A stretch of 64,000 nucleotides of DNA. Source: Bryobacterales bacterium. Its GTDB lineage: Bacteria; Acidobacteriota; Terriglobia; Bryobacterales; UBA6623. Below are positions 10,531-20,605 of the stretch, piece after piece; position 1 is the first letter of the stretch; every line of letters begins with the position of its first letter. The DNA lies in the NCBI GenBank assembly GCA_965214655.1, contig OZ243965.1, forward strand, positions 4,186,431 through 4,250,430, given 5' to 3'. The translations under genes and the position numbers were made by a program. The notes beneath the pieces were generated by a model, which saw only the letters and a program-made list of their open reading frames with translations, was not told the DNA's origin and did no database searches.

Positions 10531-12633
10531 ATGACGTTGTTGTCAGCGGCTCTTGGGAAGCGGCCGTTCGGCGCCGGTCGGATGCTGCTGCGGAGCGCGG
10601 CGTTGCTTCCGTCCCTGGCGTTGCCGCTCTGCGCTGCGGCCGCCGGCCCGGATTTTTCCGGGCTCGAAGAGATCCGCCCGATCGCGCGCCGCTACTGTTT
10701 CGCCTGCCACAGTTCCGCGGCGCGCAGCGGCGGGATCGACCTGGAAGAGTTGCTGCTGCGCGACCCGCAGGCCGCCCCGCAGAACTGGAAAACCGCATTG
10801 GGCGTCCTGCGCGCCGGAGAAATGCCGCCGCCCGGCGCGGACCGGCCCGCGCAGCGGGAACGGAAGGCGCTGATCGCGGGCATTGACCGTTGGCTGCGGG
10901 CGAACCGGCCCGGCGGGCGGGCTCCGGCATACCGCATCGCGCGGCGTATGACCCGCGGCGAATACACGCACACGATCCGCGACTTGCTGGAACTGCCCGC
11001 CGATCCGTTCATCCTCCCGGAACAGTTTGCCAAGGACAAGGCGTATTTTCAGCCGTCGTCGGGAATCATGGCCCGGCAGGTCGCGGTCGATCACGAGCAA
11101 ACGAGCAACAATCCTCCCCTGACGCGCTATCCGGGCATCGCCACTCTGCCCGCCGACAGCCGCGCGGAGCACGGGTTCGCCAATCGCAGCGATCAGGTCA
11201 GCCTCTCTCCGGCGTTGCTGGAGAAGTATTTCGCCGTAGCCCGGGATCTTCTCTTTCACGCCGATTTTCCCGGTGATTTTCCCGGTGATCATCCGCTCTT
11301 TCGATCCCCCGGCGAAGGGCTGTCGGAGCTTGCAGCGGCGCGCCGCCGGCTCGCCGCCTTCCTGCCCCGGGCGTTCCGCCGGCCTGCAGAGAAAGGCGAG
11401 GTCGAGCGGTATCTCGACCTGTATCGGCGGTCACGCAGGGAGGGGAACGATTTCGCGGCCGCCGCCAGGCACATGGTCTTGGGCGTCCTGTCGTCGCCGC
11501 ATTTTCTGATGCGGGTCGAAAAGAGCGCGCCGTCGGGCGCGCCGGACGCTTACGACCTGGCCTCGAGGCTTTCCTATTTCTTGTGGACGAGCATGCCCGA
11601 CGAAGCGCTGTTCGCCGCGGCGGGGGAGGGCGGTCTGCACCGGCCCGAACGGCTCGCGGAGCAGGCGCGGCGGATGCTGCGCGATCCGAAATCGAAAGCC
11701 CTCGCCGAGCATTTCGGCGGCCCCTGGATGCGCTTGGGGCAGGTGGCCGCGGTCATTCCCGATCTGGACCTGTTCCCCAGCTATTACGAGCCCGCCGGCC
11801 CCGCGCGCCGCCGCACCGTGGGCTTGCACATGATGCTCGAGGCGCTGCTGCTGTTCGAGACGGTGCTGGTCGAAAACCGCAGCATCCTGGACTTTATCGA
11901 TGCCGACTTCACCTATCTCAATGAGAATCTCGCCGCGTTTTACGGGCTGCGGCATCTCTATCCGGCGCTCCCGGAAACCGACGGCAGGTTGGCCGGCAGG
12001 CGGACCTGGTTCCGCGCGCGGCTGGACGACCGCCGCCGGGGCGGCGTCCTCACGCTCGGCTCGACGCTGACTCTCACCTCGCTCCCCCGACGCACCAGCC
12101 CGATCGCCCGCGGCGCATGGATTGCGGACGTCGTCTTCCACCGGCCTCCGCCTCCTCCGCCGCCGGGAATCAAGCCGCTCGAGGAAACCGACCAGCGCGG
12201 ATTGCGCAGCCTGCCGTTGCGGGAGCAAGTCGCGCGGCACAGCCGGGACCCCGCCTGCGTTTCGTGCCACCAACGCATCGATCCGTTGGGTTTCGCTCTC
12301 GAGCATTACAACGCCGTCGGACTCTGGCGCGAATACGATTCCGGGGCGCCGGTCGACGCTTCGGGCAAGCTGCGCGGCGGCGCGGTGTTCAACGGCCCGG
12401 TCGAATTGAAGGACGCGCTGCTCGAGCGCCCGGAACCGTTCGCCCGCGGCTTCGTCGAGCAACTGCTGGCGTACGCCCTGGGCCGCGAGTTGACGGCGTT
12501 CGACGATCCGACGGTCAGCGATATTCTCGACGCAGCGCGCGGCGGCGGTTATCGGTTGCAGGATATCGTCGTCGCGCTTGTAAAAAGTCCGGCATTCCGT
12601 CAAACTCTTAGCAACCGAGGCGTTTCGAGATGA
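10531..12633 (+). CDS. DUF1592/DUF1588/DUF1585 (PSD) domain cytochrome c-type protein
   Basis: Two CxxCH motifs (CFACH, CVSCH), LASRLSYFLWTSMPD, RTSPIARGAWI, IDPLGFALEHY. Confidence 0.9.
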   Translation: MTLLSAALGKRPFGAGRMLLRSAALLPSLALPLCAAAAGPDFSGLEEIRPIARRYCFACHSSAARSGGIDLEELLLRDPQAAPQNWKTALGVLRAGEMPPPGADRPAQRERKALIAGIDRWLRANRPGGRAPAYRIARRMTRGEYTHTIRDLLELPADPFILPEQFAKDKAYFQPSSGIMARQVAVDHEQTSNNPPLTRYPGIATLPADSRAEHGFANRSDQVSLSPALLEKYFAVARDLLFHADFPGDFPGDHPLFRSPGEGLSELAAARRRLAAFLPRAFRRPAEKGEVERYLDLYRRSRREGNDFAAAARHMVLGVLSSPHFLMRVEKSAPSGAPDAYDLASRLSYFLWTSMPDEALFAAAGEGGLHRPERLAEQARRMLRDPKSKALAEHFGGPWMRLGQVAAVIPDLDLFPSYYEPAGPARRRTVGLHMMLEALLLFETVLVENRSILDFIDADFTYLNENLAAFYGLRHLYPALPETDGRLAGRRTWFRARLDDRRRGGVLTLGSTLTLTSLPRRTSPIARGAWIADVVFHRPPPPPPPGIKPLEETDQRGLRSLPLREQVARHSRDPACVSCHQRIDPLGFALEHYNAVGLWREYDSGAPVDASGKLRGGAVFNGPVELKDALLERPEPFARGFVEQLLAYALGRELTAFDDPTVSDILDAARGGGYRLQDIVVALVKSPAFRQTLSNRGVSR

Positions 12634-13925
12634 GCAAGCGGCTTTCCAGACGAACCGTTCTGCGCGGCATCGGCGGAGGCATGATGCTGCCCTGGCTGGA
12701 GGCCATGGCCGCGGGCAAGCCGCCCAACGGCGAGCCGCCCCTGCGGATGGGCTTTTTCTACCTGCAGAACGGCATCGTCCCGGAGTTCTGGTTCCCGCAA
12801 AAAACCGGCGCCGATTTCGAGTTGCCGCCGTCGCTCGAACCGCTGGCGCCGGTGCGCGGCGAAGTGATCGTCTTCAGCGGCCTCGACCGGGTCTTCGGCG
12901 GCGGGACCGACGTTCACGCGCAGTGCGCTTCCTGCTGGATGACCAGCGCCCCGCCTACTGAGAAGCCCGACGGCATGTTCCCCATCGACGTCACCGTCGA
13001 TCAATCCATCGCCGCGGCGCAACGCAGGCAGAGCGTATTGCCGTCGCTCGAGCTCACCTGCAACACGTTCAAGGGGAACAAGGAATCGAAGTATCTGCGC
13101 ACGATCTCATGGTTCGGCCCGGGCTCGTCGGCCAAGGCCGAGAACGACCCCCGCGCCGTGTACCGCCGCTTGTTCGGCATGGACGCCGGCGGCCCCGTGG
13201 AGCGCAGCATTCTCGATATCGTGCGCGGCGAGGCGAAAGCGCTGCGGCGCCGGTTGAGCGCGCCCGACCGGCGCAAGGTCGATGAGTATTTCGAATCGGT
13301 GCGGTCGATCGAGCGCCGCATGACGCAACTCGAGCGCCGCGCCCGGGAACAGAAGGAGATACCCATGGGCGAACCGGCCGGAATGCCGGCCGAGCGCAGC
13401 GCCTACATCCGCACGATGGGCGATCTGATCGCGCTGGCGTTCCAACTCGACCTGACCCGAGTGGTCAGCATGATGTTCGGGCCCGAGCGCTGGAACGCTC
13501 CGCAGTTTTACGACGGCGTGTTCGACAAGCCCGAGGTGCATCACACGCTGACCCACGCGATGAACAAAGACGACGAAGCGCGCCGCAAGGTCGCCCTCAT
13601 CGACCGCTTCCGTGTCGCGCAGTACGCCTATCTCGTGCAAAAGCTTCGGGAAATTCCCGAAGGCGAGGGCACGCTGCTCGACCGCTGCGTGCTGACCCTC
13701 GGAGCGGGCCTGGGCAACGGCAACCTGCACAACTACGACCATCTGGCGACCGTCACGGCCGGCCGCGGCATCGGGCCGCATGCCCGCCTCCCCATGCGCA
13801 CCGGCCGCCACGTGCGCTGCCCGGAAGGGACGCCGCTGGCGAACTTGTGGCTGTCGCTGCTGGCGCGCAACGGACTCCGCCGCGAGCGCTTCGCCGACAG
13901 CACCGCCCCGCTGAACTTGGCCTGA
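12630..13925 (+). CDS. DUF1552 (HXXSHH) domain protein
   Basis: Tat-like LSRRTVLRG, LPWLEAM, HHTLTH, TPLANLWLSLL; ATGA overlap with the upstream gene. Confidence 0.9.
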   Translation: MSKRLSRRTVLRGIGGGMMLPWLEAMAAGKPPNGEPPLRMGFFYLQNGIVPEFWFPQKTGADFELPPSLEPLAPVRGEVIVFSGLDRVFGGGTDVHAQCASCWMTSAPPTEKPDGMFPIDVTVDQSIAAAQRRQSVLPSLELTCNTFKGNKESKYLRTISWFGPGSSAKAENDPRAVYRRLFGMDAGGPVERSILDIVRGEAKALRRRLSAPDRRKVDEYFESVRSIERRMTQLERRAREQKEIPMGEPAGMPAERSAYIRTMGDLIALAFQLDLTRVVSMMFGPERWNAPQFYDGVFDKPEVHHTLTHAMNKDDEARRKVALIDRFRVAQYAYLVQKLREIPEGEGTLLDRCVLTLGAGLGNGNLHNYDHLATVTAGRGIGPHARLPMRTGRHVRCPEGTPLANLWLSLLARNGLRRERFADSTAPLNLA

Positions 13926-13935
13926 AGCGGCCCAT

Positions 13936-14382
13936 CTACTGCCAGTAGTGGAGCTTGCGGCCCTGCGAATCGGTGAACTCTCCGGTGGCGATCATGACGC
14001 AGTCGTAGATGACGCCGACGAAGAAGAATCCGCCGATCGTCACCAGGAACAGGAGCGCCGTGCCGATCTTGCCGGCGTAAAAGCGGTGGGCGCCGACAAC
14101 CCCCAGGAACAGGCACAGCAGCAACGCCGTGAGCCGATTCAACCCCGACGGATTCGCGACGACTCTACCGCCGCTTGCCGCGGGGCCGGCCGTTGCGCTT
14201 GCGCTCCGGCCGCAAGCGCCGCAAAATGCGTCTCCGGCGCCCATCCGGACGCCGCATTGGGGACAGAAAGGCGAGTCGCCCGCGTCCGCCGGAGCGGCTT
14301 CCGCCGTCTCCGCCTGCGGCGCTTCGACCGGGTCGGCCGCTTCTTCGCCGGGTTGAGGGTCTTGACTGCGGAGTTCGTTCAT
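13936..14382 (-). CDS. TM2 domain membrane protein with zinc ribbon
   Basis: FCPQCG...FCGACG zinc ribbon; LLCLFLGVVGAHRFYAGKIGT TM2 motif. Confidence 0.85.
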   Translation of the reverse strand: MNELRSQDPQPGEEAADPVEAPQAETAEAAPADAGDSPFCPQCGVRMGAGDAFCGACGRSASATAGPAASGGRVVANPSGLNRLTALLLCLFLGVVGAHRFYAGKIGTALLFLVTIGGFFFVGVIYDCVMIATGEFTDSQGRKLHYWQ

Positions 14383-14474
14383 TCTGCCCCAATAATACGG
14401 ATATGCGCGCCGGAAGTTGCATGAGACGCCTTGCCGCCCGAGATTCTGGTAGACTACCGCGCTAAGCGGGCAGC

Positions 14475-17400
14475 ATGGTCCGGGGCTCTCTCAAAAATCC
14501 GCACGCCGTCGTCGTCGGCGCGTTGACCGTGCTCTTGCTCGGCGGCGTCGCGGCGTCGCGCATCCCGACCGACATCCTGCCGATCTTCACCACTCCGGCG
14601 GTCCAGGTGCTGACGCTGTACCCCGGCATGCCGGCGGAGGTGATGGAAAAGGACATCACCAGCCGCCTCGAGCGCTGGACCGGCCAGGCGAACGGCATCG
14701 CCCGCCAGGAAGCGCGGTCGATGAACGGCGTTTCCATCGTGCGCGACTACTTCCGGCCAGACATCGACGCCAACACGGCCATGTCGCAGGTGTCGTCGCT
14801 GGCCATAGCGGATATGTACTATCTGCCGCCGGGCACCATCCCGCCGATGATCATGCCCTTCGACCCGACCGCCAGCCGTCCGCTCTGCCTGGTCAGCGTC
14901 AGCAGCCCGACTTTCGACGAAACGCAACTCTACGACATCGCCTATTTCGAGTTGCGCAACCGGCTGCAGGGCATCGCCGGCGTCATCGCGCCGGCCGTGT
15001 ACGGCGGCCGCATCCGGCGCGTTCTGGCCTACGTCGACCGCGACAAGCTGACCGCCCGCAATCTTTCGGCGATGGACGTAGTCCGCGCGCTCAAGGATTT
15101 CAACACGTTCATCCCCACCGGAAACGCCAAGATCGGGCCGTTCGACTACCAGATCAACGCCAACGGCATGGTCCGCGAGGTCGCTGAGATGAACCGTTTT
15201 CCGATCCGCATCGGCAAGGGCGGGGCACCCATCGTCATCCGCGACGTCGGCGAGGTGGAAGACGCCCATCAGATTCAGTCGAACATCGTGCGCGTGAACG
15301 GCAGGCGGCAGGTGTACATCCCCATCTACCGCCAGCCGGGCGCGAACACGATCGCCGTGGTCGACGGCATCGAGCAGACCCTTTCCACGATCCTGGAGCG
15401 CTTGCCCAAGGGCGTCAATCTCGACGTCGTGCTCGATCAGTCGATTTACGTGCGCAAGGCGATCGGCAGCCTGCAGCGCGAGGCGCTGTTGGGAGCGCTG
15501 CTCGCCGCATTGATGATCTGGATCTTCATCGGCAGCTTGCGCTCGACCGGGGTCATCATGCTCTCCGTGCCGCTGTCGATCACGGCGGCGGTCGCCGGCC
15601 TTTACTGCACGGGAGACACGCTCAACGCCATGACCCTGGGCGGCCTGGCGCTGGCCGTGGGCCGCCTGGTCGACGATTCGATCGTCGTTCTCGAGAACAC
15701 GCACCGGCATCTCGACATGGGCAAGTCCCCGCGCGAGGCGGCGCAGGCGGGGGCGGACGAGGTGCGCGCCCCGATTTTCGTGGCCACCGCCGTCACGGTC
15801 GTGGTTTTCGCGCCGGTGCTCTTCCTGACGGGAATCGGCAAGTTCCTGTTTACGCCCCTGGCTCTGAGCGTCACCCTGGCCATGTTGGCCTCGTATGCCG
15901 TCGCGCTGACCGTGGTTCCCGCTTACTGCAGCCGGTTTCTGCGGCCCGGAAGCCTGCGCCAGGGCGGTTTCGAGCGTTTGCGCGAGGCGTACGTCCGCTT
16001 TCTCGACGCGGCGCTGCGCCGCAGCGGCCTCGCGCTGCTGCTGATCGCCGCGGTCGTTGCCGCTTCCGTCCCGCTCTATTGGAGCATCGGCCGCGAGCTT
16101 TTCCCGCGGCTCGACACGGGCGAGTTCTCGATTCAGGTCAGGGCCGCCTCGGGAACGCGCATCGAGCAAACCGAGCAGCAGGTCGCCCAGGTGGAAAGAG
16201 TCGTAACCGAGGCGCTCGGCGGCGATCTGGAGCTGCTCATCTCCAATACGGGCGTGCTCTACGACTGGCCCGCCGCGTACACCCGCAACGCGGGCCCGAT
16301 GGACTCGACGCTGATGGTCCAACTGACGCCGGAGCACGCGACCCCGTCGTTCGCTCACGTGCGCAGGCTGCGGGCGTTGCTGGCCGAGCGCTTCCCCCGG
16401 CTCGAGTTTTCGTTCGAGACGGGCGGGATGATCAGCTCGGCGATCAACTTCGGCTTGCCGTCGCCGATCGACGTGCGCATTCAAGGCAACGACATGGCCC
16501 GGGCCGCAGAGCTCGCGCGGGAAGTGCGGCGGGTGATTCGGGCGGTTCCCGGAACCGCCGACGTGCGCATCCAGCAGAAGCTCGATTACCCGCAGCTTTC
16601 GCTCGACATCGACCGCGAGAAGGCGGCGATGCTGGGCATCAACGCCGATGAAGCGGTCAAGAACGTCGTGGCCAGCTTGAACTCCAGCGTGAATTTCGAT
16701 CCCGCGTTCTGGATCGACGAGCGCAACGGCAATCACTACTTCGTCGGCGCGCAGTACCGCGAGGAAGACATCGATTCCATCGATACGCTGCTCGACATTC
16801 CGATCACTTCGCCGAGCCAGGCCGCGACCGCCGCGTTGACCGCGGGCATATCGCGGGCCGCGCCGCGCCCGCCCGCGAGCGCCGCCGCGGCGCCCGTGCT
16901 GCTGCGCAACATCGCTTCGATTCGGCGCACGACAGCGCCGACCGAGTTGACGCATCTGAACATCAGCCGCGTGACGGATGTCTTCGCCAACGTCGAGGGG
17001 CGCGACGTCGGCGGCGTCGCCGCGGACATCGAACGCGGCCTGGCGCGGATCGAAACCCCCGAGGGGTACTCGATTGCGCTGCGCGGCGAAACGCAGGCGA
17101 TCGCGGAATCGTTCGGCGGCCTGGCTTTCGGCTTCGCTTTGGCGGTCGTCCTGGTCTATTTCGTCATGGTGGCGCTGTTCCGCAGCTTTCTGGACCCGCT
17201 CATCGTGATGCCGGCCGTGCCCCTGGGCCTGGTCGGCGTGCTGTGGATTCTTTGGGCGACCGGCACGACGCTCAATATCCAATCGTTCATGGGCACGATT
17301 TTCATGATCGGCATCGCCGCCTCGACCTCGACCTTGCTCGTCGAGTTCGCCAACCGCCTGCGCGCCCGCGGGTTGAGCGCGTGCGACGCGGCGCTGGAAT

Positions 17401-17588
17401 CGGCGCGGGTGCGGCTGCGGCCGATCCTGATGACCGCCGGAACGGCGCTGGCCGCCCTGCTGCCGCCGGCGCTCAACCCGGCCGAACCGATCATGCCGCT
17501 GGCGCGCGCGGTAATCGGCGGGCTGACGACGTCGACGGCGCTGACGCTGGTGGCGGTTCCCCTGCTGTACCGGCAGTTCAAGAAATGA
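14475..17588 (+). CDS. RND efflux transporter permease subunit
   Basis: 1037 aa; GRLVDDSIVVLEN, RLRPILMT, PLARAVIGGL. Confidence 0.95.
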   Translation: MVRGSLKNPHAVVVGALTVLLLGGVAASRIPTDILPIFTTPAVQVLTLYPGMPAEVMEKDITSRLERWTGQANGIARQEARSMNGVSIVRDYFRPDIDANTAMSQVSSLAIADMYYLPPGTIPPMIMPFDPTASRPLCLVSVSSPTFDETQLYDIAYFELRNRLQGIAGVIAPAVYGGRIRRVLAYVDRDKLTARNLSAMDVVRALKDFNTFIPTGNAKIGPFDYQINANGMVREVAEMNRFPIRIGKGGAPIVIRDVGEVEDAHQIQSNIVRVNGRRQVYIPIYRQPGANTIAVVDGIEQTLSTILERLPKGVNLDVVLDQSIYVRKAIGSLQREALLGALLAALMIWIFIGSLRSTGVIMLSVPLSITAAVAGLYCTGDTLNAMTLGGLALAVGRLVDDSIVVLENTHRHLDMGKSPREAAQAGADEVRAPIFVATAVTVVVFAPVLFLTGIGKFLFTPLALSVTLAMLASYAVALTVVPAYCSRFLRPGSLRQGGFERLREAYVRFLDAALRRSGLALLLIAAVVAASVPLYWSIGRELFPRLDTGEFSIQVRAASGTRIEQTEQQVAQVERVVTEALGGDLELLISNTGVLYDWPAAYTRNAGPMDSTLMVQLTPEHATPSFAHVRRLRALLAERFPRLEFSFETGGMISSAINFGLPSPIDVRIQGNDMARAAELAREVRRVIRAVPGTADVRIQQKLDYPQLSLDIDREKAAMLGINADEAVKNVVASLNSSVNFDPAFWIDERNGNHYFVGAQYREEDIDSIDTLLDIPITSPSQAATAALTAGISRAAPRPPASAAAAPVLLRNIASIRRTTAPTELTHLNISRVTDVFANVEGRDVGGVAADIERGLARIETPEGYSIALRGETQAIAESFGGLAFGFALAVVLVYFVMVALFRSFLDPLIVMPAVPLGLVGVLWILWATGTTLNIQSFMGTIFMIGIAASTSTLLVEFANRLRARGLSACDAALESARVRLRPILMTAGTALAALLPPALNPAEPIMPLARAVIGGLTTSTALTLVAVPLLYRQFKK

Positions 17589-18793
17589 GCATGGCCGCGC
17601 GAGCGCACTCCTTTCCAGCCCGCGGCGCAAGTCACGCGGCCCGGCTTGTCTTGCCGGCTGTGCTGGGCGCGCTGGGCTGCGGCCCGCCGCCCGCTGCGCA
17701 GGAGCCTCCCGCGGCAGACGCGGCCGTGCGCGTTACCGTCGTCAAGCCCGAAGTCCGCACGCTTGCCGACACGATCGCCTTGGCCGGCGCCGTTGTCGCC
17801 GAGGAGCAGGTTACGGTTTACGCGAGGATCACGGGCTATCTGCAGTCCCTCGCCGTGGATCTCGGCGACCGCGTCCGCAAGGGGCAGCCGTTGGCCGTGA
17901 TCGATGCGCCGGAGCTGACGGCCGCTCTGGAGGAGAGGAAGGCCGCGTTGGCGGAAGCCGAGGCCGCCGTCGAGGAAGCGCAGGCCGCGCTGGGGCGGCA
18001 TGAGGCCGACCTGGAGTTCCGCCGCGCGGCGCTTGCCCGCCTGCGGAGCATCCGTGAAAAGGACAGGGATCTGCTGCCGCTGCAAGACGTGGAGCGGGCC
18101 GCCGCGGCCGCGGCCGCGGCCGAGAGCCTGCTGCGCTCCGCGCGGGCCGGGACGCGCGTCGCCGAAGCCTCCGTCGCAAGCAGGCGCGCCGCTTGGGAAA
18201 CCATGAAGCGCCGCGCGGAATACGCCCGCATCTCCGCGCCGATAAGCGGCGTCGTCACCGAACGGTTCGTCGATCCCGGCGCCCTGATTCAGGCGGCGTC
18301 GTCGTCTCGCACGCAGGCCGCGCCGCTGGTCTCCCTGGCCCGCGTCGACCGCGTCCGCGTGGTCGTGGATGTGCCCGAAACCGGCGCCGCTTTCGTCAAG
18401 CGGGGGACTCCCGCCGTCATTGCCGTCGAGGGGCTGGAGGAGATCGCCGCCGAAGTCTCGCGCACGTCCGGAGCGCTCGGCGCGGCCACCCGCACGCTGC
18501 GCGCCGAGTGCGACCTGCCCAATCCCGAGGGCTTGCTGAAGCCCGGCATGACCGCCCGGGTCACGCTCGAGCTGCGCCAACTCGAAGACGCCCTCACGGC
18601 GCCGGTCGAGGCGCTGCAGGGCGAGGGCGTCTACGTCGTCGAAAACGGCAAGGCCGTGTACCGCGAGGTCGTCACGGGCTTGCAGACGGGCGGCCGCGTG
18701 CGCATCGTGCAAGGGCTGGCGGCGGACGACGCCGTCGTTCTCGACGCATCCGCGCCTCTGGCGGACAACGTCCCCGTCGTGGAAGCCCGCTGA
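17585..18793 (+). CDS. RND efflux periplasmic adaptor (MFP)
   Basis: ATGA overlap at 17585; lipoprotein-like LGC, GDRVRKGQPLA, ISAPISGVV, LKPGMTA. Confidence 0.92.
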   Translation: MSMAARAHSFPARGASHAARLVLPAVLGALGCGPPPAAQEPPAADAAVRVTVVKPEVRTLADTIALAGAVVAEEQVTVYARITGYLQSLAVDLGDRVRKGQPLAVIDAPELTAALEERKAALAEAEAAVEEAQAALGRHEADLEFRRAALARLRSIREKDRDLLPLQDVERAAAAAAAAESLLRSARAGTRVAEASVASRRAAWETMKRRAEYARISAPISGVVTERFVDPGALIQAASSSRTQAAPLVSLARVDRVRVVVDVPETGAAFVKRGTPAVIAVEGLEEIAAEVSRTSGALGAATRTLRAECDLPNPEGLLKPGMTARVTLELRQLEDALTAPVEALQGEGVYVVENGKAVYREVVTGLQTGGRVRIVQGLAADDAVVLDASAPLADNVPVVEAR

Positions 18794-18805
18794 ATCGAGA
18801 CCGCC

Positions 18806-20071
18806 ATGAAGCTCCCGACCGCGGCGCTGCTGCTCGCTTTCCCCGTTTGGGCCGTGAGTCTCGAAGAGGTGCGCCGCGAGGCGCTGGCGAACCACCCGGC
18901 GCTAGGCGCGGCCCGCTCGGCGGCGGACGCCGCGCAAGCCCGCCTGCGCATGGCCAAGGCCGGGCGGATGCCTCAGTTGCGATTCAGCGGCCTCTCCAAG
19001 GCGGGGCTGTCGGGCGCCATGAACGGCCTGGACCCGGTGGGCCTGGCCAACTCGCCGTTCTTCCGCAACTTCGCGGCCGGCGCGAACGTCAGCCATCCCG
19101 GTTTCGACTTCGGCCGGACCGCCTCGAGCATCGCCGTGGAGCAACACGGACTGGAGGCGGCCGAGGCGGATCTGGCCGCCGTCGAGGCCGAGGTCCTGCT
19201 GCGCGTCGAGACGGCTTATTTTACGGCGCTGGGCGCCCGCGCCGCGCAACGGGCCGCCGCGCGCCTCGTCGCGGGCAGGGAAGACGCCGCGCGGCAGGCG
19301 CAGGCGTTTTACGAAGCGGAGCTGCGCTCGCGGGTCGACTGGGGGACGGCCGAGGCGCAACTCGCCGCCGCGCGGGCGCAACTCGCCGAAGCCGCCGCGC
19401 AAGCCGCTGCCGCGCATGCCCGCCTGGCCTACGCGGCGGGCGTTTCCCCGCAAGACTTGGGCGCGCCGGTCGATGCCGAGTTCGCCGACCGCGCCGCCGA
19501 ACCGCTCGATGCGCTGATCGCCCGCGCTTGCGAGCAGCGCCCGGATATCCACGCGCTGCAAGCCCGCCGGGCCGCCGCGCGGGCCGTCCTGGACCTGGCC
19601 CAAGCGCGCCGGCGGCCCTGGTTCCGGGTCTTTTTCACGGGCGGCTGGGCGCGGTTCAATCCCTTGCAGCTCGGCAATCTGACCTCGCTCGGCGCCGGAC
19701 TCGCGATGCCGCTGCTGACGTTCGGCGCGGTCGAGGGAGCGGTGGAGGAGGCCGAGGCGCTGCTCGCGCGGGCCGAGCGCCGCCTGGAGGAAGCGCGCCA
19801 ACTCGCGGCGCTCGAAACGCGCCTGGCCTTTTACGCGGCGCGCGCGGCCCGCGAAAAGCTGCCGCTGCGCGAGCGGCAGGCCGAGTTGTCCGCCGAGGCC
19901 GCGCGCCTGGCGCGGGCGCGCTACCGCGAACAGTTGGCAAGCATGGTCGAGCTTTCCCAGGCCGAAAGCAATCTCGCGGCCGCCCGCGCCGCCGCGCTCG
20001 CCGCCCGCTGCGATCTGCAGCAGGCGCTGGCGGAGTTGCGTTACGCTGCCGGCGCAATGCGCGCGCCGTGA
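18806..20071 (+). CDS. TolC-family outer membrane efflux protein
   Basis: Signal peptide, ALANHPAL, Ala-rich helical repeats, ARARYREQLASMVEL; third gene of the RND operon. Confidence 0.88.
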   Translation: MKLPTAALLLAFPVWAVSLEEVRREALANHPALGAARSAADAAQARLRMAKAGRMPQLRFSGLSKAGLSGAMNGLDPVGLANSPFFRNFAAGANVSHPGFDFGRTASSIAVEQHGLEAAEADLAAVEAEVLLRVETAYFTALGARAAQRAAARLVAGREDAARQAQAFYEAELRSRVDWGTAEAQLAAARAQLAEAAAQAAAAHARLAYAAGVSPQDLGAPVDAEFADRAAEPLDALIARACEQRPDIHALQARRAAARAVLDLAQARRRPWFRVFFTGGWARFNPLQLGNLTSLGAGLAMPLLTFGAVEGAVEEAEALLARAERRLEEARQLAALETRLAFYAARAAREKLPLRERQAELSAEAARLARARYREQLASMVELSQAESNLAAARAAALAARCDLQQALAELRYAAGAMRAP

Positions 20072-20200
20072 AACCGCCCGGCGCCGCGCGTCTCCGTTCC
20101 GTACGCGGCGGGCCGTTTGCCGTCCGTTCCGCGAGGTCGGCGCGCCGCGGGCCACTGAAAATGTAGACACGGGGGAGTAAGCGCGGGGGCCGCTTGCCTT

Positions 20201-20482
20201 GTGCTTTTGGGCGGAAACACGCCCGTAAGCCTTCTCGTTGCCGAAGTTTCCGAAGCCTTGATCGCCGCCGGCGCGGCGCAAGAGAAAGCCAAGGCCGCCG
20301 CCGCGGCGATTCCCGTTGGAGGGAACCTGGCTACCCAAGCCGATATCGGGGATGTCAAGGCGGATATCGCCAAGTTCGAAGTCAGGATGGCGAACGAGTT
20401 CGAGGCGCTTTACCGCTATCTCTGGATGCTCGCCGCCGGCATCGTCTCGCTCACCGTCGCTCTGGTCAAGCTCATCCCCTGA
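20201..20482 (+). CDS. Small coiled-coil + C-terminal TM protein (DUF1640/CCDC90-like)
   Basis: AEVSEALIAAGAAQEKAKAAA, LATQADI, C-terminal hydrophobic helix; start uncertain. Confidence 0.55.
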   Translation: MLLGGNTPVSLLVAEVSEALIAAGAAQEKAKAAAAAIPVGGNLATQADIGDVKADIAKFEVRMANEFEALYRYLWMLAAGIVSLTVALVKLIP

Positions 20483-20605
20483 CGCCGCGGGCCGCTAGCC
20501 CAAGTTTAACAGCGTGAAATTCAAGTCATTATGAATCAATGATTTACGCCGATGGGAAGACTCGAGTGGCACTACAAGCGGGGGTCAAGCGGTGAGATCG
20601 GTTGG

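Noticed and set aside
14454..17630. Very long antisense ORFs (also 34033-37107, 50724-53702, 56099-58330, 5791-7929, 20552-22255)
   Set aside because: Shadow frames of well-supported genes in high-GC DNA; no motifs
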